Shown here in pieces: positions 9,265 to 17,416 of a DNA stretch of 64,000 nt. The DNA is taken from positions 3,298 through 67,297 of the forward strand of contig JAGBXB010000060.1 in assembly GCA_017629515.1 (NCBI GenBank). Reading direction: 5' to 3'. The stretch is from Lentisphaeria bacterium (GTDB lineage: Bacteria > Verrucomicrobiota > Lentisphaeria > Victivallales > UBA1829). The first letter of the stretch is position 1. Every line of letters starts with the position of its first letter. The position numbers and the translations under genes were made by a program. The notes under the pieces are model-generated. The model was not told the DNA's origin, made no database searches, and was given only the letters and a program-made list of their open reading frames with translations.

Positions 9265-9951
9265 TTAATTCAAACGGGGGATCTTCCCCGCATGACGCAT
9301 CAATTCTCCCGTATCCAGTGTAAGAAGCACCCCGCCATCGTCCGTAATGGAAAGGTATTTCACACATTTGCCGTATTTAAGCACCTGGGGATGTCTTTCC
9401 AGACGGTAAACAAGATGTTCCGCCGCCGTTCCCAGAAATGTTCCGGGAGTCTGGATACTGCCTGCTTTCAGGCTCAAAAGATGCAATTTTATTTTCCCAT
9501 CCTTTACATACGGGACAGCCTCCATATTGAGATTGAGGGCGTTTTTCCCTGCGGGACGGTTTTTGAAAATGTAACACGCCTCCACATGCAGTCTGCCCTT
9601 TTTCCAGTGGAAACGGCTTTTTATACTGCCCTCTTTTGTTTTTACAGTGGTAAACTGGGAGGAAAAATGCAGTAAAGCATTTGTCTCCCGTTCCGTAAAA
9701 CGCATCTTTGCTTCCGGAGGCAGTACGCCCCTGCCATCAGGGGAAAAGGCCCTGGAGATTTTTTTTCCAGCTGTGTTCAAAGGGGAAAAATCCTCAATGG
9801 AGAGATTCGGCCCCTGAAAGGCTCTGGGCTTTTCAAAAAGGCGGTTTTTTACAGAAAAATAAGTAATGATCCCGGCAAGTACAAGGAGCGCAAGAACTGC
9901 CCCTGTCCCTCCCAGTATCCACGAAAGGATCTTTTTCTTTTTTTCTTCCAT
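9265..9951 (-). CDS. Hypothetical single-pass membrane-anchored protein
   Basis: 228-aa ORF with an N-terminal KKKK + TM (ILSWILGGTGAVLALLVLAGIITYF). No recognisable domain. Embedded in the same-strand glycan operon with 15-18 nt gaps. Confidence 0.5.
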   Translation of the reverse strand: MEEKKKKILSWILGGTGAVLALLVLAGIITYFSVKNRLFEKPRAFQGPNLSIEDFSPLNTAGKKISRAFSPDGRGVLPPEAKMRFTERETNALLHFSSQFTTVKTKEGSIKSRFHWKKGRLHVEACYIFKNRPAGKNALNLNMEAVPYVKDGKIKLHLLSLKAGSIQTPGTFLGTAAEHLVYRLERHPQVLKYGKCVKYLSITDDGGVLLTLDTGELMRHAGKIPRLN

Positions 9952-9966
9952 TTTACCGCCTTTTTT

Positions 9967-10902
9967 TCAGAGTTTTCCAACTTCTTTCATCCACTCAAAG
10001 TTATCCCGCAACCCGGCTTCCAGATTGATGACCGGTCTCCAATCAAGATCCCGGGCGGCTTTGGTGATATCCGAACACATGTGCTGACAGACAAAGTCGT
10101 CCGCTTTACCGTATCTTTTTCTCAATTCGGTACGCTCCACAAATTCCAGTCTGGCAGTTGTGCCCAGTACCTTCGCGATAAGACGCACATAATCTTTGAT
10201 CATCAAACTCCAATCGCCGCCGATATTATATACTTCCCCGATGGTAAAGGGTCTCTGGGCGCAGGCAAGGAATGCTCTTCCCAGATCATCCACATGACCG
10301 GGCTGAAGCAATGCTCTGCCGTTTTCCGATACTTCCACTTTTTCCCCGCACAAAATGCGTTTGAAATATTCGGGGTTTCTGCCGCCGAGCCCGTCCAGAG
10401 GCACATCGCCTCTGCCGTAGACATTGCTCATACGCAGAATGGACATGGGGAAACGCTTTTCATTGTACGCACGCTGCAAACACTCATCCTGTCTGATCTT
10501 GTAATTGAAAATGCGTTCCTCCACCTTTCCCTCCTCTTCCGATTCGGATTCCATCATAGGCAGCCATTCGGGAGCAGGGATCCTGCGGGCATCACCATAG
10601 ACCCCGATGGAACCGGTATGGATAAAGTGCCCCACATCCGTTCCCAGAGTATCAATGATGAGTTGCAGATCTTCTGCATCAAGGATGGTATCCACCATAA
10701 TATCCCAGGGACGACTTTTCAGAACTTTTGCAAAATTTTCTTTATCTTTTCTGTCGCACTGGAAAGAACCGGCGATCCCGTCCAGATTGGAACGGGTGCC
10801 CCGGTTCATCACATAAACATTGTAAATGCCGGCTTTCAGAAAGTTTTCCACAATGGCTTTTCCCAGAAAACGGGAACCGCCGATAACAAGTACATTCATC
10901 AT
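9967..10902 (-). CDS. NAD(P)-dependent epimerase/dehydratase-family protein (atypical SDR)
   Basis: MMNVLVIGGSRFLGKAIV Rossmann motif. 311 aa. The catalytic motif is not clear by eye. Confidence 0.7.
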   Translation of the reverse strand: MMNVLVIGGSRFLGKAIVENFLKAGIYNVYVMNRGTRSNLDGIAGSFQCDRKDKENFAKVLKSRPWDIMVDTILDAEDLQLIIDTLGTDVGHFIHTGSIGVYGDARRIPAPEWLPMMESESEEEGKVEERIFNYKIRQDECLQRAYNEKRFPMSILRMSNVYGRGDVPLDGLGGRNPEYFKRILCGEKVEVSENGRALLQPGHVDDLGRAFLACAQRPFTIGEVYNIGGDWSLMIKDYVRLIAKVLGTTARLEFVERTELRKRYGKADDFVCQHMCSDITKAARDLDWRPVINLEAGLRDNFEWMKEVGKL

Positions 10903-10924
10903 ATTTCCGCCTCAAAAAGTTTTC

Positions 10925-11788
10925 TTATGCAAGTTTGTTCCGCAGGAAATCCACTGCCATTTTTATATCGCCCACGGGATTTTCCCCGCACTCTCTTTCC
11001 ACAGTAAGGAATCCCTCATACCCGATCTCTTTGAGAGCGGCAATATAGGCATCCCAGGGAACCATTCCATGACCCAGGGGGACTTCTTTAAAGCCTGCGG
11101 CACGGGCGGAGATCTCCCGTTTGGTACCGTCAGGATTGCGCAAAGAATAGAATTTTGCGGCACTTCCCACATAAAGATTGATGGCATCTTTAGCGTGGGT
11201 ATGCACGATATAGGGGGCAAGGGTCTTTACTGCATAAACAGGATCTTCACAGGAAACGCCCCGGAGGTTGGCGGGGTCAAGGTTCACCCCGATCCCTTTG
11301 GAACCGATATCCTCAATAAAACTTTTCAGTACATCCGCCAGTTCCGGTCCGGTTTCAATGGCAAATACGCACCCTTTGGAGGCGGCATATTCCGCAAGAG
11401 TACGCACATGTTTGAGCATGATGGGATAGACAGGATCCTGTTTGCTTTCCGGAATGTGACCCACGTGAGTGGTAACGACTTTTACGCCAAGTTTAGCAGT
11501 ATTGTCAATGATCTTTTTGGTCATTTCCACTCTTTCAAGAGCTTCAGACTCCACCTGGAAGGAGTTTCCGCCCACATCGCCGCAGATGGCACTTATGACA
11601 ATATTGTTTTTTCTGCATTTTTCCTGCAATTCTTTCAAATCTTCATCCGTACAGTTGGTAAGGTCGATCCCGCCTTCGGGATGCTGTGCATAAAGCTGTA
11701 CGCCATCTACTTTCAGATCCTGACCGGCAAAATCCAGATCCTCATCCAAAGGTTTACGCAAAAGTTCTGCAATAACTCCGATTTTCAT
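10925..11788 (-). CDS. Sugar phosphate isomerase/epimerase (xylose-isomerase-like TIM barrel)
   Basis: 287 aa with the AP-endonuclease-2/TIM-barrel pattern (VTTHVGHIP ... FAIETGPE ... GVNLDPANL ... HAKD). Confidence 0.7.
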   Translation of the reverse strand: MKIGVIAELLRKPLDEDLDFAGQDLKVDGVQLYAQHPEGGIDLTNCTDEDLKELQEKCRKNNIVISAICGDVGGNSFQVESEALERVEMTKKIIDNTAKLGVKVVTTHVGHIPESKQDPVYPIMLKHVRTLAEYAASKGCVFAIETGPELADVLKSFIEDIGSKGIGVNLDPANLRGVSCEDPVYAVKTLAPYIVHTHAKDAINLYVGSAAKFYSLRNPDGTKREISARAAGFKEVPLGHGMVPWDAYIAALKEIGYEGFLTVERECGENPVGDIKMAVDFLRNKLA

Positions 11789-11908
11789 TTTTTTTCTCCT
11801 GATTATTTTTAGTTGAAACAGTTTAAAATAATATATAGTACTTTACCCCTTTTTTTCTCAAAGTCAATTCTTCTTCCGGCAAAATAAGAAAAAAATATGC
11901 AGGAAGAC

Positions 11909-11937
11909 TTGACAATCGTATTACTTTGTATTACCTT
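11909..11937 (+). promoter_or_regulatory. Putative promoter/operator: TTGACA hexamer followed by the direct repeat GTATTAC-N3-GTATTAC
   Basis: TTGACA at 11909-11914. GTATTAC at 11918-11924 and 11928-11934, with 10-bp centre spacing. Located 25-50 nt upstream of the RHH gene start (SD AGGAGG at 11949). The -10 element is not convincing (TACCTT at 17-nt spacing). Confidence 0.3.
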
Positions 11938-11959
11938 ATACACATAACAGGAGGATCTC

Positions 11960-12286
11960 ATGTCCACAGAAAAGAAATCTGCCGTCATAACTTTCAAAGC
12001 GGAGGGGAAAATGCTGGAAGCATTGAACAGTATCCCCAACCGTTCAGAATTTATAAGAGCTGCGCTTTTGAACGCACTTTCTGAAACCTGTCCCCTGTGC
12101 GGGGGAGCGGGCTTCCTTAATGCCAAACAGCGTCAGCACTGGGAAAATTTTACCAGACAACATACAGTCCGTCACTGCCGGAAATGTGATGCCCTCACTT
12201 TTGAATGCAGGGAAGAATCCGGAAAGAAAATGGAAAACAGAAAATGTAAAAATCATTGTCATAAAGAAGAGGAGTGCTGCCAATGA
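11960..12286 (+). CDS. Ribbon-helix-helix (CopG/MetJ-like) protein fused to a CxxC...CxxC zinc ribbon and a Cys/His-rich tail; putative metal-responsive regulator
   Basis: KSAVITFKAEGKMLEALNSIPNRSEFIRAALLNAL shows the RHH beta-alpha-alpha pattern. Then CPLCGG...CRKCD and the tail CKNHCHKEEECCQ. Its stop overlaps the znuA-like start (ATGA). Confidence 0.6.
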   Translation: MSTEKKSAVITFKAEGKMLEALNSIPNRSEFIRAALLNALSETCPLCGGAGFLNAKQRQHWENFTRQHTVRHCRKCDALTFECREESGKKMENRKCKNHCHKEEECCQ

Positions 12287-13260
12287 AAAAATCATCTTTC
12301 AAGATCCTGTCCGCTTTTATTTTTCTTTTTTCTGTGTTTTTTTCTGCCGCCGCAGAAAACGATGGAGGAACGAAAAACATTCTCTGTACCACATTCCCCA
12401 TCTATCTTTTTACAAAAAATATCACCAAAGGCGTAAAGGATGTGAAAGTAACGCTCCTCATCCCTCCCGGTACAGGCTGCCCCCACGATTATACTGTTAC
12501 ACCCGGCGACATGCGGAAACTGGCGGCAAAGAATATGATTCTCGTTATGAATGGAGCTTCTCTGGATGACTTTTTCCTGAAAACAGTAAAAAAAGTGAAT
12601 CCCAAAGCCGTGATCATTGATTCTTCCGGAGATATCCCTCTGCTTTCTTCTGACTCCACTCATAAGCATCCTCACCATTCCCATCATTCTTCCTCCTGTA
12701 ATTCCTGCGGGGATCACGGGGAGGAAACAATGAAAGGCAGAACCGGCAATCCCCATCTTTTTGCTTCGCCCTTTACTGCGTTGAAAGTAGTACAGAATAT
12801 TGGAGAAGGTCTGGAAAAAGCCGATAGCATCCATGCCGCATTTTATCACAGAAACATGGTGGAATATATGGAAAAACTCCGGAAACTCTGCCGGGATTTT
12901 TCCATCGCCGCCGAAAGTTTCCGTATAAGAAAGATCGTTACCCGGCACGATATATTCGATTACCTTGCCTCCCATCTCCATCTGGAAATCGTTGCCCACA
13001 TCCGGGAGGGAGGCGGAACAAGTCTCAATGCAAGGGAAATGCTCCATATCATCAATAAGATCAAAAAAGCCAAAGCTGGCGTCATCTTTACCGAACCCCA
13101 ATATTCCGCAAGAAGTGCCGAAGTCATTGCCAGAGAGTGCAGGATCCCCTTTACGGAACTTGATCCTGTTGCCAACGGCCCGGTGAATGCCCCCCTCGAC
13201 TATTACGAAAAGAGCATGAGCAGAAACCTTGCCGCAATGAGAAAGGTACTTATGCCATGA
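12283..13260 (+). CDS. znuA: Metal (Zn/Mn-type) ABC transporter substrate-binding protein with a His-rich loop
   Basis: Signal peptide, cluster A-I SBP pattern (PPGTGCPHDYTVTPGDM ... LFASP ... HDIFDYL ... FTEPQY), and an internal loop HKHPHHSHHSSSCNSCGDHGEE typical of ZnuA-type proteins. Confidence 0.75.
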   Translation: MKKSSFKILSAFIFLFSVFFSAAAENDGGTKNILCTTFPIYLFTKNITKGVKDVKVTLLIPPGTGCPHDYTVTPGDMRKLAAKNMILVMNGASLDDFFLKTVKKVNPKAVIIDSSGDIPLLSSDSTHKHPHHSHHSSSCNSCGDHGEETMKGRTGNPHLFASPFTALKVVQNIGEGLEKADSIHAAFYHRNMVEYMEKLRKLCRDFSIAAESFRIRKIVTRHDIFDYLASHLHLEIVAHIREGGGTSLNAREMLHIINKIKKAKAGVIFTEPQYSARSAEVIARECRIPFTELDPVANGPVNAPLDYYEKSMSRNLAAMRKVLMP

Positions 13261-14078
13261 CAAATACCCTTGAACATAAAAACTGCGCCTGCTGCCATGA
13301 GCACCCTTCAGCAGTGAAAATAGAAAATCTTTCTGTAAAACTTGGCGGTATATCCATTCTTGATGATATTTCCTTCCATATTCCCCGGGGAGTCTGTACT
13401 GCCGTCGTCGGGCCTAACGGAGCGGGGAAAACCACACTGGTAAAGGCTCTTTTAGGGGATGTGGATCATACCGGAAAAATCCTTTTCCGGCAGGAAAAAG
13501 ACGGATCTTTTACAGAAAAACGCCCGGTATTCGGGTATGTGCCCCAACGTCTGCTTTTTGACCGGCTGCTGCCCCTTACGGTAATGGAATTTCTTGCCGG
13601 TTCATTCTGTCTGCGTCCGGTATTTCTGGGAGTATCCCGTTCTTTCCGGAATACAGCGGAAGAATATCTCAATGAGGTGGATTGTATAAGGGTGAAGGAC
13701 CGGAAACTGGGAGCATTGTCCGGCGGGGAACTGCAAAGGGTGCTTCTTGCTCTTGCGTTGATGAGAAAACCGGAGATCCTCATACTGGATGAACCGGCGG
13801 CGGGAGTGGATTTCAAGGGAGAAAAACTCTGCTGTGAATTGCTGGAAACTTTCCGAAAAAAACAGCAGTTCACCCAGATCATGGTAAGCCACGATCTTTC
13901 CACAGTTGCCGCCCATGCCGCCCATGTGATATGTATCAATCACCGGGTCTTTGCCGAGGGGGATCCGGAAAAAGTTCTGACTTCCCGGGCGTTGTTGGAT
14001 ACATTCGGTCTGCATATGGGAATGGTGGATCTGCATAAGGATTGTCATTGTTCCTGTCACCATCACGGAGGAAAGTAA
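13257..14078 (+). CDS. znuC: Metal ABC transporter ATP-binding protein with a Cys/His-rich C-terminal tail
   Basis: Walker A GPNGAGKTT, signature LSGGELQR, Walker B ILILDEP. The C-terminus ends HKDCHCSCHHHGGK. ATGA overlap with the upstream gene. Confidence 0.8.
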   Translation: MTNTLEHKNCACCHEHPSAVKIENLSVKLGGISILDDISFHIPRGVCTAVVGPNGAGKTTLVKALLGDVDHTGKILFRQEKDGSFTEKRPVFGYVPQRLLFDRLLPLTVMEFLAGSFCLRPVFLGVSRSFRNTAEEYLNEVDCIRVKDRKLGALSGGELQRVLLALALMRKPEILILDEPAAGVDFKGEKLCCELLETFRKKQQFTQIMVSHDLSTVAAHAAHVICINHRVFAEGDPEKVLTSRALLDTFGLHMGMVDLHKDCHCSCHHHGGK

Positions 14079-14079
14079 A

Positions 14080-14934
14080 ATGTTTGCCCGTATTTATGAT
14101 CTTCTCTGTTCTTTTGTTTCTTTCATCCCGTTGGAATGTATGCAGATGCGTTTCATGCAGGAGGCATTTATCGGTATATTGCTTCTTGCTCCACTGGCAG
14201 CGGCGGCAGGGATACAGGTGGTGAACTTCCGTATGGCATTTTTTTCCGACGCCATAGGCCACAGCGTTTTTGCAGGGGTGGCAATCGGTTTGCTTCTTTC
14301 CGTTTCCCCCCATTGGAGTATGCCTGTAACGGCATTACTGGTCGGGGGCGGCATCATGCTTCTGAAACGCTGTTCCCGTCTCTCTTCCGATACGGTCATC
14401 GGCGTATTCTATTCGGCGGTTGCGGCGGCGGGACTTGCCCTTGTAAGCCGTAATCCCGGCGTGGCAAAAGATATGCAGACTTTTCTCTACGGGGATATTC
14501 TTACCGTTTCCGGCGGAGAAATTGCCTATCTCTTTATCCTTTCCCTTGCATTTTATATTTTCCAGATCTTTGCTTTCAATAAACTTATGATCACAGGACT
14601 GGATGAAAAACTGGCAAAAGCCCACAATATTCCCACGGCATTGTACGAATATATCTATGTAGGATTGCTTGCCCTTATTGTCATTGTGGCAGTACGGGCA
14701 ACAGGGGTATTGCTTGTAACAGCACTTCTCATCATTCCCTCTGCGGCGGCGCGCAATCTTGCTTCCGGGGCGGGCAAAATGGTATTTTTTGCTCTTCTTT
14801 TCGGACTTGTTTCCGGAATTGCCGGATTACTGCTTTCCGCACAGGAATTTATCAATGCCTCCTCCGGTGCAATGATCGTACTTACAGCAAGTACCATATT
14901 TTTTATTACACTTTTCTTCCGGAAAAAAGGGTGA
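14080..14934 (+). CDS. znuB: Metal ABC transporter permease (ABC-3 family)
   Basis: 284 aa, 8-9 TM segments, FMQEAFIG... and SDTVIG/AAARN patterns typical of ZnuB/MntB permeases. Confidence 0.8.
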   Translation: MFARIYDLLCSFVSFIPLECMQMRFMQEAFIGILLLAPLAAAAGIQVVNFRMAFFSDAIGHSVFAGVAIGLLLSVSPHWSMPVTALLVGGGIMLLKRCSRLSSDTVIGVFYSAVAAAGLALVSRNPGVAKDMQTFLYGDILTVSGGEIAYLFILSLAFYIFQIFAFNKLMITGLDEKLAKAHNIPTALYEYIYVGLLALIVIVAVRATGVLLVTALLIIPSAAARNLASGAGKMVFFALLFGLVSGIAGLLLSAQEFINASSGAMIVLTASTIFFITLFFRKKG

Positions 14935-15072
14935 GATCTTTTTGGGGATTTTGAAAAAGTTACGGGAAAGAAATATTTTTCAACAGAAAAAAAGAATATT
15001 CCTTGTGGAAAACTTGATTTTTATATTTTCAGAAGTATATTCATAGAGGAACTAAACGCAAGGAGCGGCAAA

Positions 15073-15483
15073 ATGCAGAAATTACCCGGTGGAAATGAAA
15101 CGATACTGCTGGTCGACGATCAGGAAACAGTATGGGATTTTCTTATTGAAGCATTGCAGAAACTGGGCTATTCCGTACTTCTTGCGGAAAACGGTCTGGA
15201 TGCAGTGGAGATCTGTAAAGCAAATCCCGGAGAGATCGACCTTGTTCTTCTGGATATGATCATGCCCAAACTTGGCGGGCACGGTGCTTTTTATCAGATC
15301 CGGGCGGTGGATCCCAATATCAAAATTCTGCTTTCCAGCGGTTTTGTAGCACAGGAAGCAGTGGATGATCTTCTTGCCAACGGTGCCGCAGGCTTCCTCC
15401 CCAAACCCCACAGGATCAAAACTCTTGCAGAAGAGTTGCGCCGGATTCTTGACGGAAAAGATCCTGCCGGAACCAAAGAGTAA
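15073..15483 (+). CDS. Stand-alone response-regulator receiver domain (CheY-like)
   Basis: ILLVDDQE ... DLVLLDMIMPKLGG ... LLSSGF ... FLPKP. Acidic pocket, phospho-acceptor Asp, Ser and Lys are all present. No output domain. Confidence 0.85.
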   Translation: MQKLPGGNETILLVDDQETVWDFLIEALQKLGYSVLLAENGLDAVEICKANPGEIDLVLLDMIMPKLGGHGAFYQIRAVDPNIKILLSSGFVAQEAVDDLLANGAAGFLPKPHRIKTLAEELRRILDGKDPAGTKE

Positions 15484-15504
15484 AAATCATCTCTCTTTTG
15501 TCTG

Positions 15505-15568
15505 TTTCTGCCCTTTGCTGCGCTTCTGTCCATATCTGCGCCCGTGGCAGAAAGTATTTTTATTTTTT
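15505..15568 (+). terminator. Possible intrinsic terminator after the receiver gene
   Basis: TTTCTGCC (15505-15512) pairs with GGCAGAAA (15546-15553), followed by GTATTTTTATTTTTT. The 33-nt loop is long for a canonical terminator. Confidence 0.3.
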
Positions 15569-15681
15569 CAATTCCCCCGTGTAAAAACATTTTTTCTTCC
15601 GTTCTCACCTCAAAAATCCTCTCTCCTCAAACGGAATGTTTGACGCGTCATGTGTTGCAAAAGCAAAAAAGATAAACAGGG

Positions 15682-16089
15682 ATGAAAAAAATGAGGAAAA
15701 GAGCTTTTGCAGCAAAGGAAGAAATGTGTTTTACCGAAAACAGCAGAGTGGAAATTTCCGTGGAACCGGATATCTATTTTGATGAAGACCCCGGTTCTGT
15801 GCAATTTTCTGCGCCACATTCCGGTAAAGAACCGCCTTTTTATACATTTTCCAATGCCGTCTTTTTTCTGGAATGTATGGAAAAACTGCTTTCTCTTGTC
15901 CATTCGGGAAAAGAGTTGAAAATATTGCGGATGCGCCTTAATGGAATGAGTTACAGAGAGATCGCCGCTTCTTTGCATATCGGTCTGGCAAGCATCAACC
16001 GTTTTATCCGGCGCATCTCTCTGCGCAATGAAGAGGTGGGCTTTCTGCTGGAAAATGCCCCCGCACTCCGTAACAGAAATATTCCTTGA
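15682..16089 (+). CDS. Small sigma-70 region-4 / LuxR-type HTH protein (no region 2)
   Basis: C-terminal LKILRMRLNGMSYREIAASLHIGLASINRFIRRI is a region-4-type HTH. The N-terminal 70 aa has no recognisable domain. Confidence 0.55.
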   Translation: MKKMRKRAFAAKEEMCFTENSRVEISVEPDIYFDEDPGSVQFSAPHSGKEPPFYTFSNAVFFLECMEKLLSLVHSGKELKILRMRLNGMSYREIAASLHIGLASINRFIRRISLRNEEVGFLLENAPALRNRNIP

Positions 16090-16142
16090 AAATCCTTTTT
16101 TCCGGTGTATATTTACTGCCGGAAAACAAAAAAGGATATCCC

Positions 16143-17402
16143 ATGGAAAAAAAATTTTCACAACTTCTGCTTGCCTTTCTCAAAAGCAGACAGGCACTTA
16201 TTCTCATACCGCTTTGCATGATCCTGCATATTTATTCCATGATGTCCCTGATCCACAGCAAACATCTCTGGGAAATAACAGATCCCTACATCCTTTCCGG
16301 CTATTTTCTTTCCTATGAACAAGGACTGATCCCCCGGGGACTGATCGGCACAGTTTACAGCCTTATGACAGGATTCATTTCAGGAAATATGTTTTTTGCC
16401 CTGCTTTTTGCAGGAACAGTTCTGTTTTATCTTTTCTGCTTTTATCTTCTGCTTTTCCGTATCCGGAAGGAAGAGGATCAGAACACGGCTGAAAATCTTG
16501 CGCTGGCAGGGCTGCTGCTTTTTTCCCTGCCTCCGGTATGGACTTATACCCTTTCCAACTTTGCAAGATTCGATATTTTCCTTTTTGCCATTACTCTTTT
16601 CAGCGTGATTTCCATTTTCAGGGATTCCTTCTGGAAATACCTTGTCCTTCTGCTTGTCCCGGCGGGAGTAATGATCCATGAGATCTTTCTCATTCTTTTT
16701 CTGCCGCTTATCTGTGCAACAGCCTTCTATAAAACCGAATGGAAAAACAAACGGTCCATACTGTATCTTTTTCTGCTTTTTCTTTCCTGCATGGGTTCCT
16801 TATACATTCTTTATCTCATGCGGAAAAATATGCCTTCAGCGGAAGTACTGGATGCTCTCTGCATCAAAAACAATAATATGGGAAACATGGATAAACTGGG
16901 AATCGCCATTTATGCAGATAAAACCTATCTCCAGCATCTTTCCTACGCCTTCAGAAGCACCATACTGACCGATTATGCACTGGGGTATATCGTATCCTTT
17001 TTTGTCTTTCTTGCCGCGGGTTTTTATCCTTTTACACTATGGAAAAAAGCATACAAAACTCTGCCGCAGGGAGAAAAGCTGCTGCGCTGGAAATTTATTT
17101 TCCTTCTGATTGCCGCCCTCATTCCCAATCTTGCCTGCATTATTGCAACCGACCACTCCCGCTGGCAGACAGCTTTTCTGCTGGATATAAATCTTGTGAT
17201 ATTTCTGCTTTTCAGTGATGAAAAACTCTCTCTGAAACTTCCCGCACCATCACAGAAAACTGTTCAATGGATTTTATGGGCATCTGTAACAGCAATGGTA
17301 TGCGGCATGACCACAGAGTGTCATTTTTCCAATGTTCTTACGGGAATATGCCTCAAGATCGCAAGGGGATTCAAATATTTTTATACGCTTTTCTTTTCCT
17401 GA
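16143..17402 (+). CDS. Polytopic integral membrane protein, function unknown
   Basis: Start at MEKKFSQ. About 10-11 hydrophobic segments. No motif recognised. Confidence 0.55.
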   Translation: MEKKFSQLLLAFLKSRQALILIPLCMILHIYSMMSLIHSKHLWEITDPYILSGYFLSYEQGLIPRGLIGTVYSLMTGFISGNMFFALLFAGTVLFYLFCFYLLLFRIRKEEDQNTAENLALAGLLLFSLPPVWTYTLSNFARFDIFLFAITLFSVISIFRDSFWKYLVLLLVPAGVMIHEIFLILFLPLICATAFYKTEWKNKRSILYLFLLFLSCMGSLYILYLMRKNMPSAEVLDALCIKNNNMGNMDKLGIAIYADKTYLQHLSYAFRSTILTDYALGYIVSFFVFLAAGFYPFTLWKKAYKTLPQGEKLLRWKFIFLLIAALIPNLACIIATDHSRWQTAFLLDINLVIFLLFSDEKLSLKLPAPSQKTVQWILWASVTAMVCGMTTECHFSNVLTGICLKIARGFKYFYTLFFS

Positions 17403-17416
17403 CAGGATAGGCTTTT

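Noticed and set aside
15610-16161. 183-aa minus-strand ORF
   Set aside because: It is fully antisense to the plus-strand region-4 HTH gene, which has a recognisable motif. The minus-frame product has no features.
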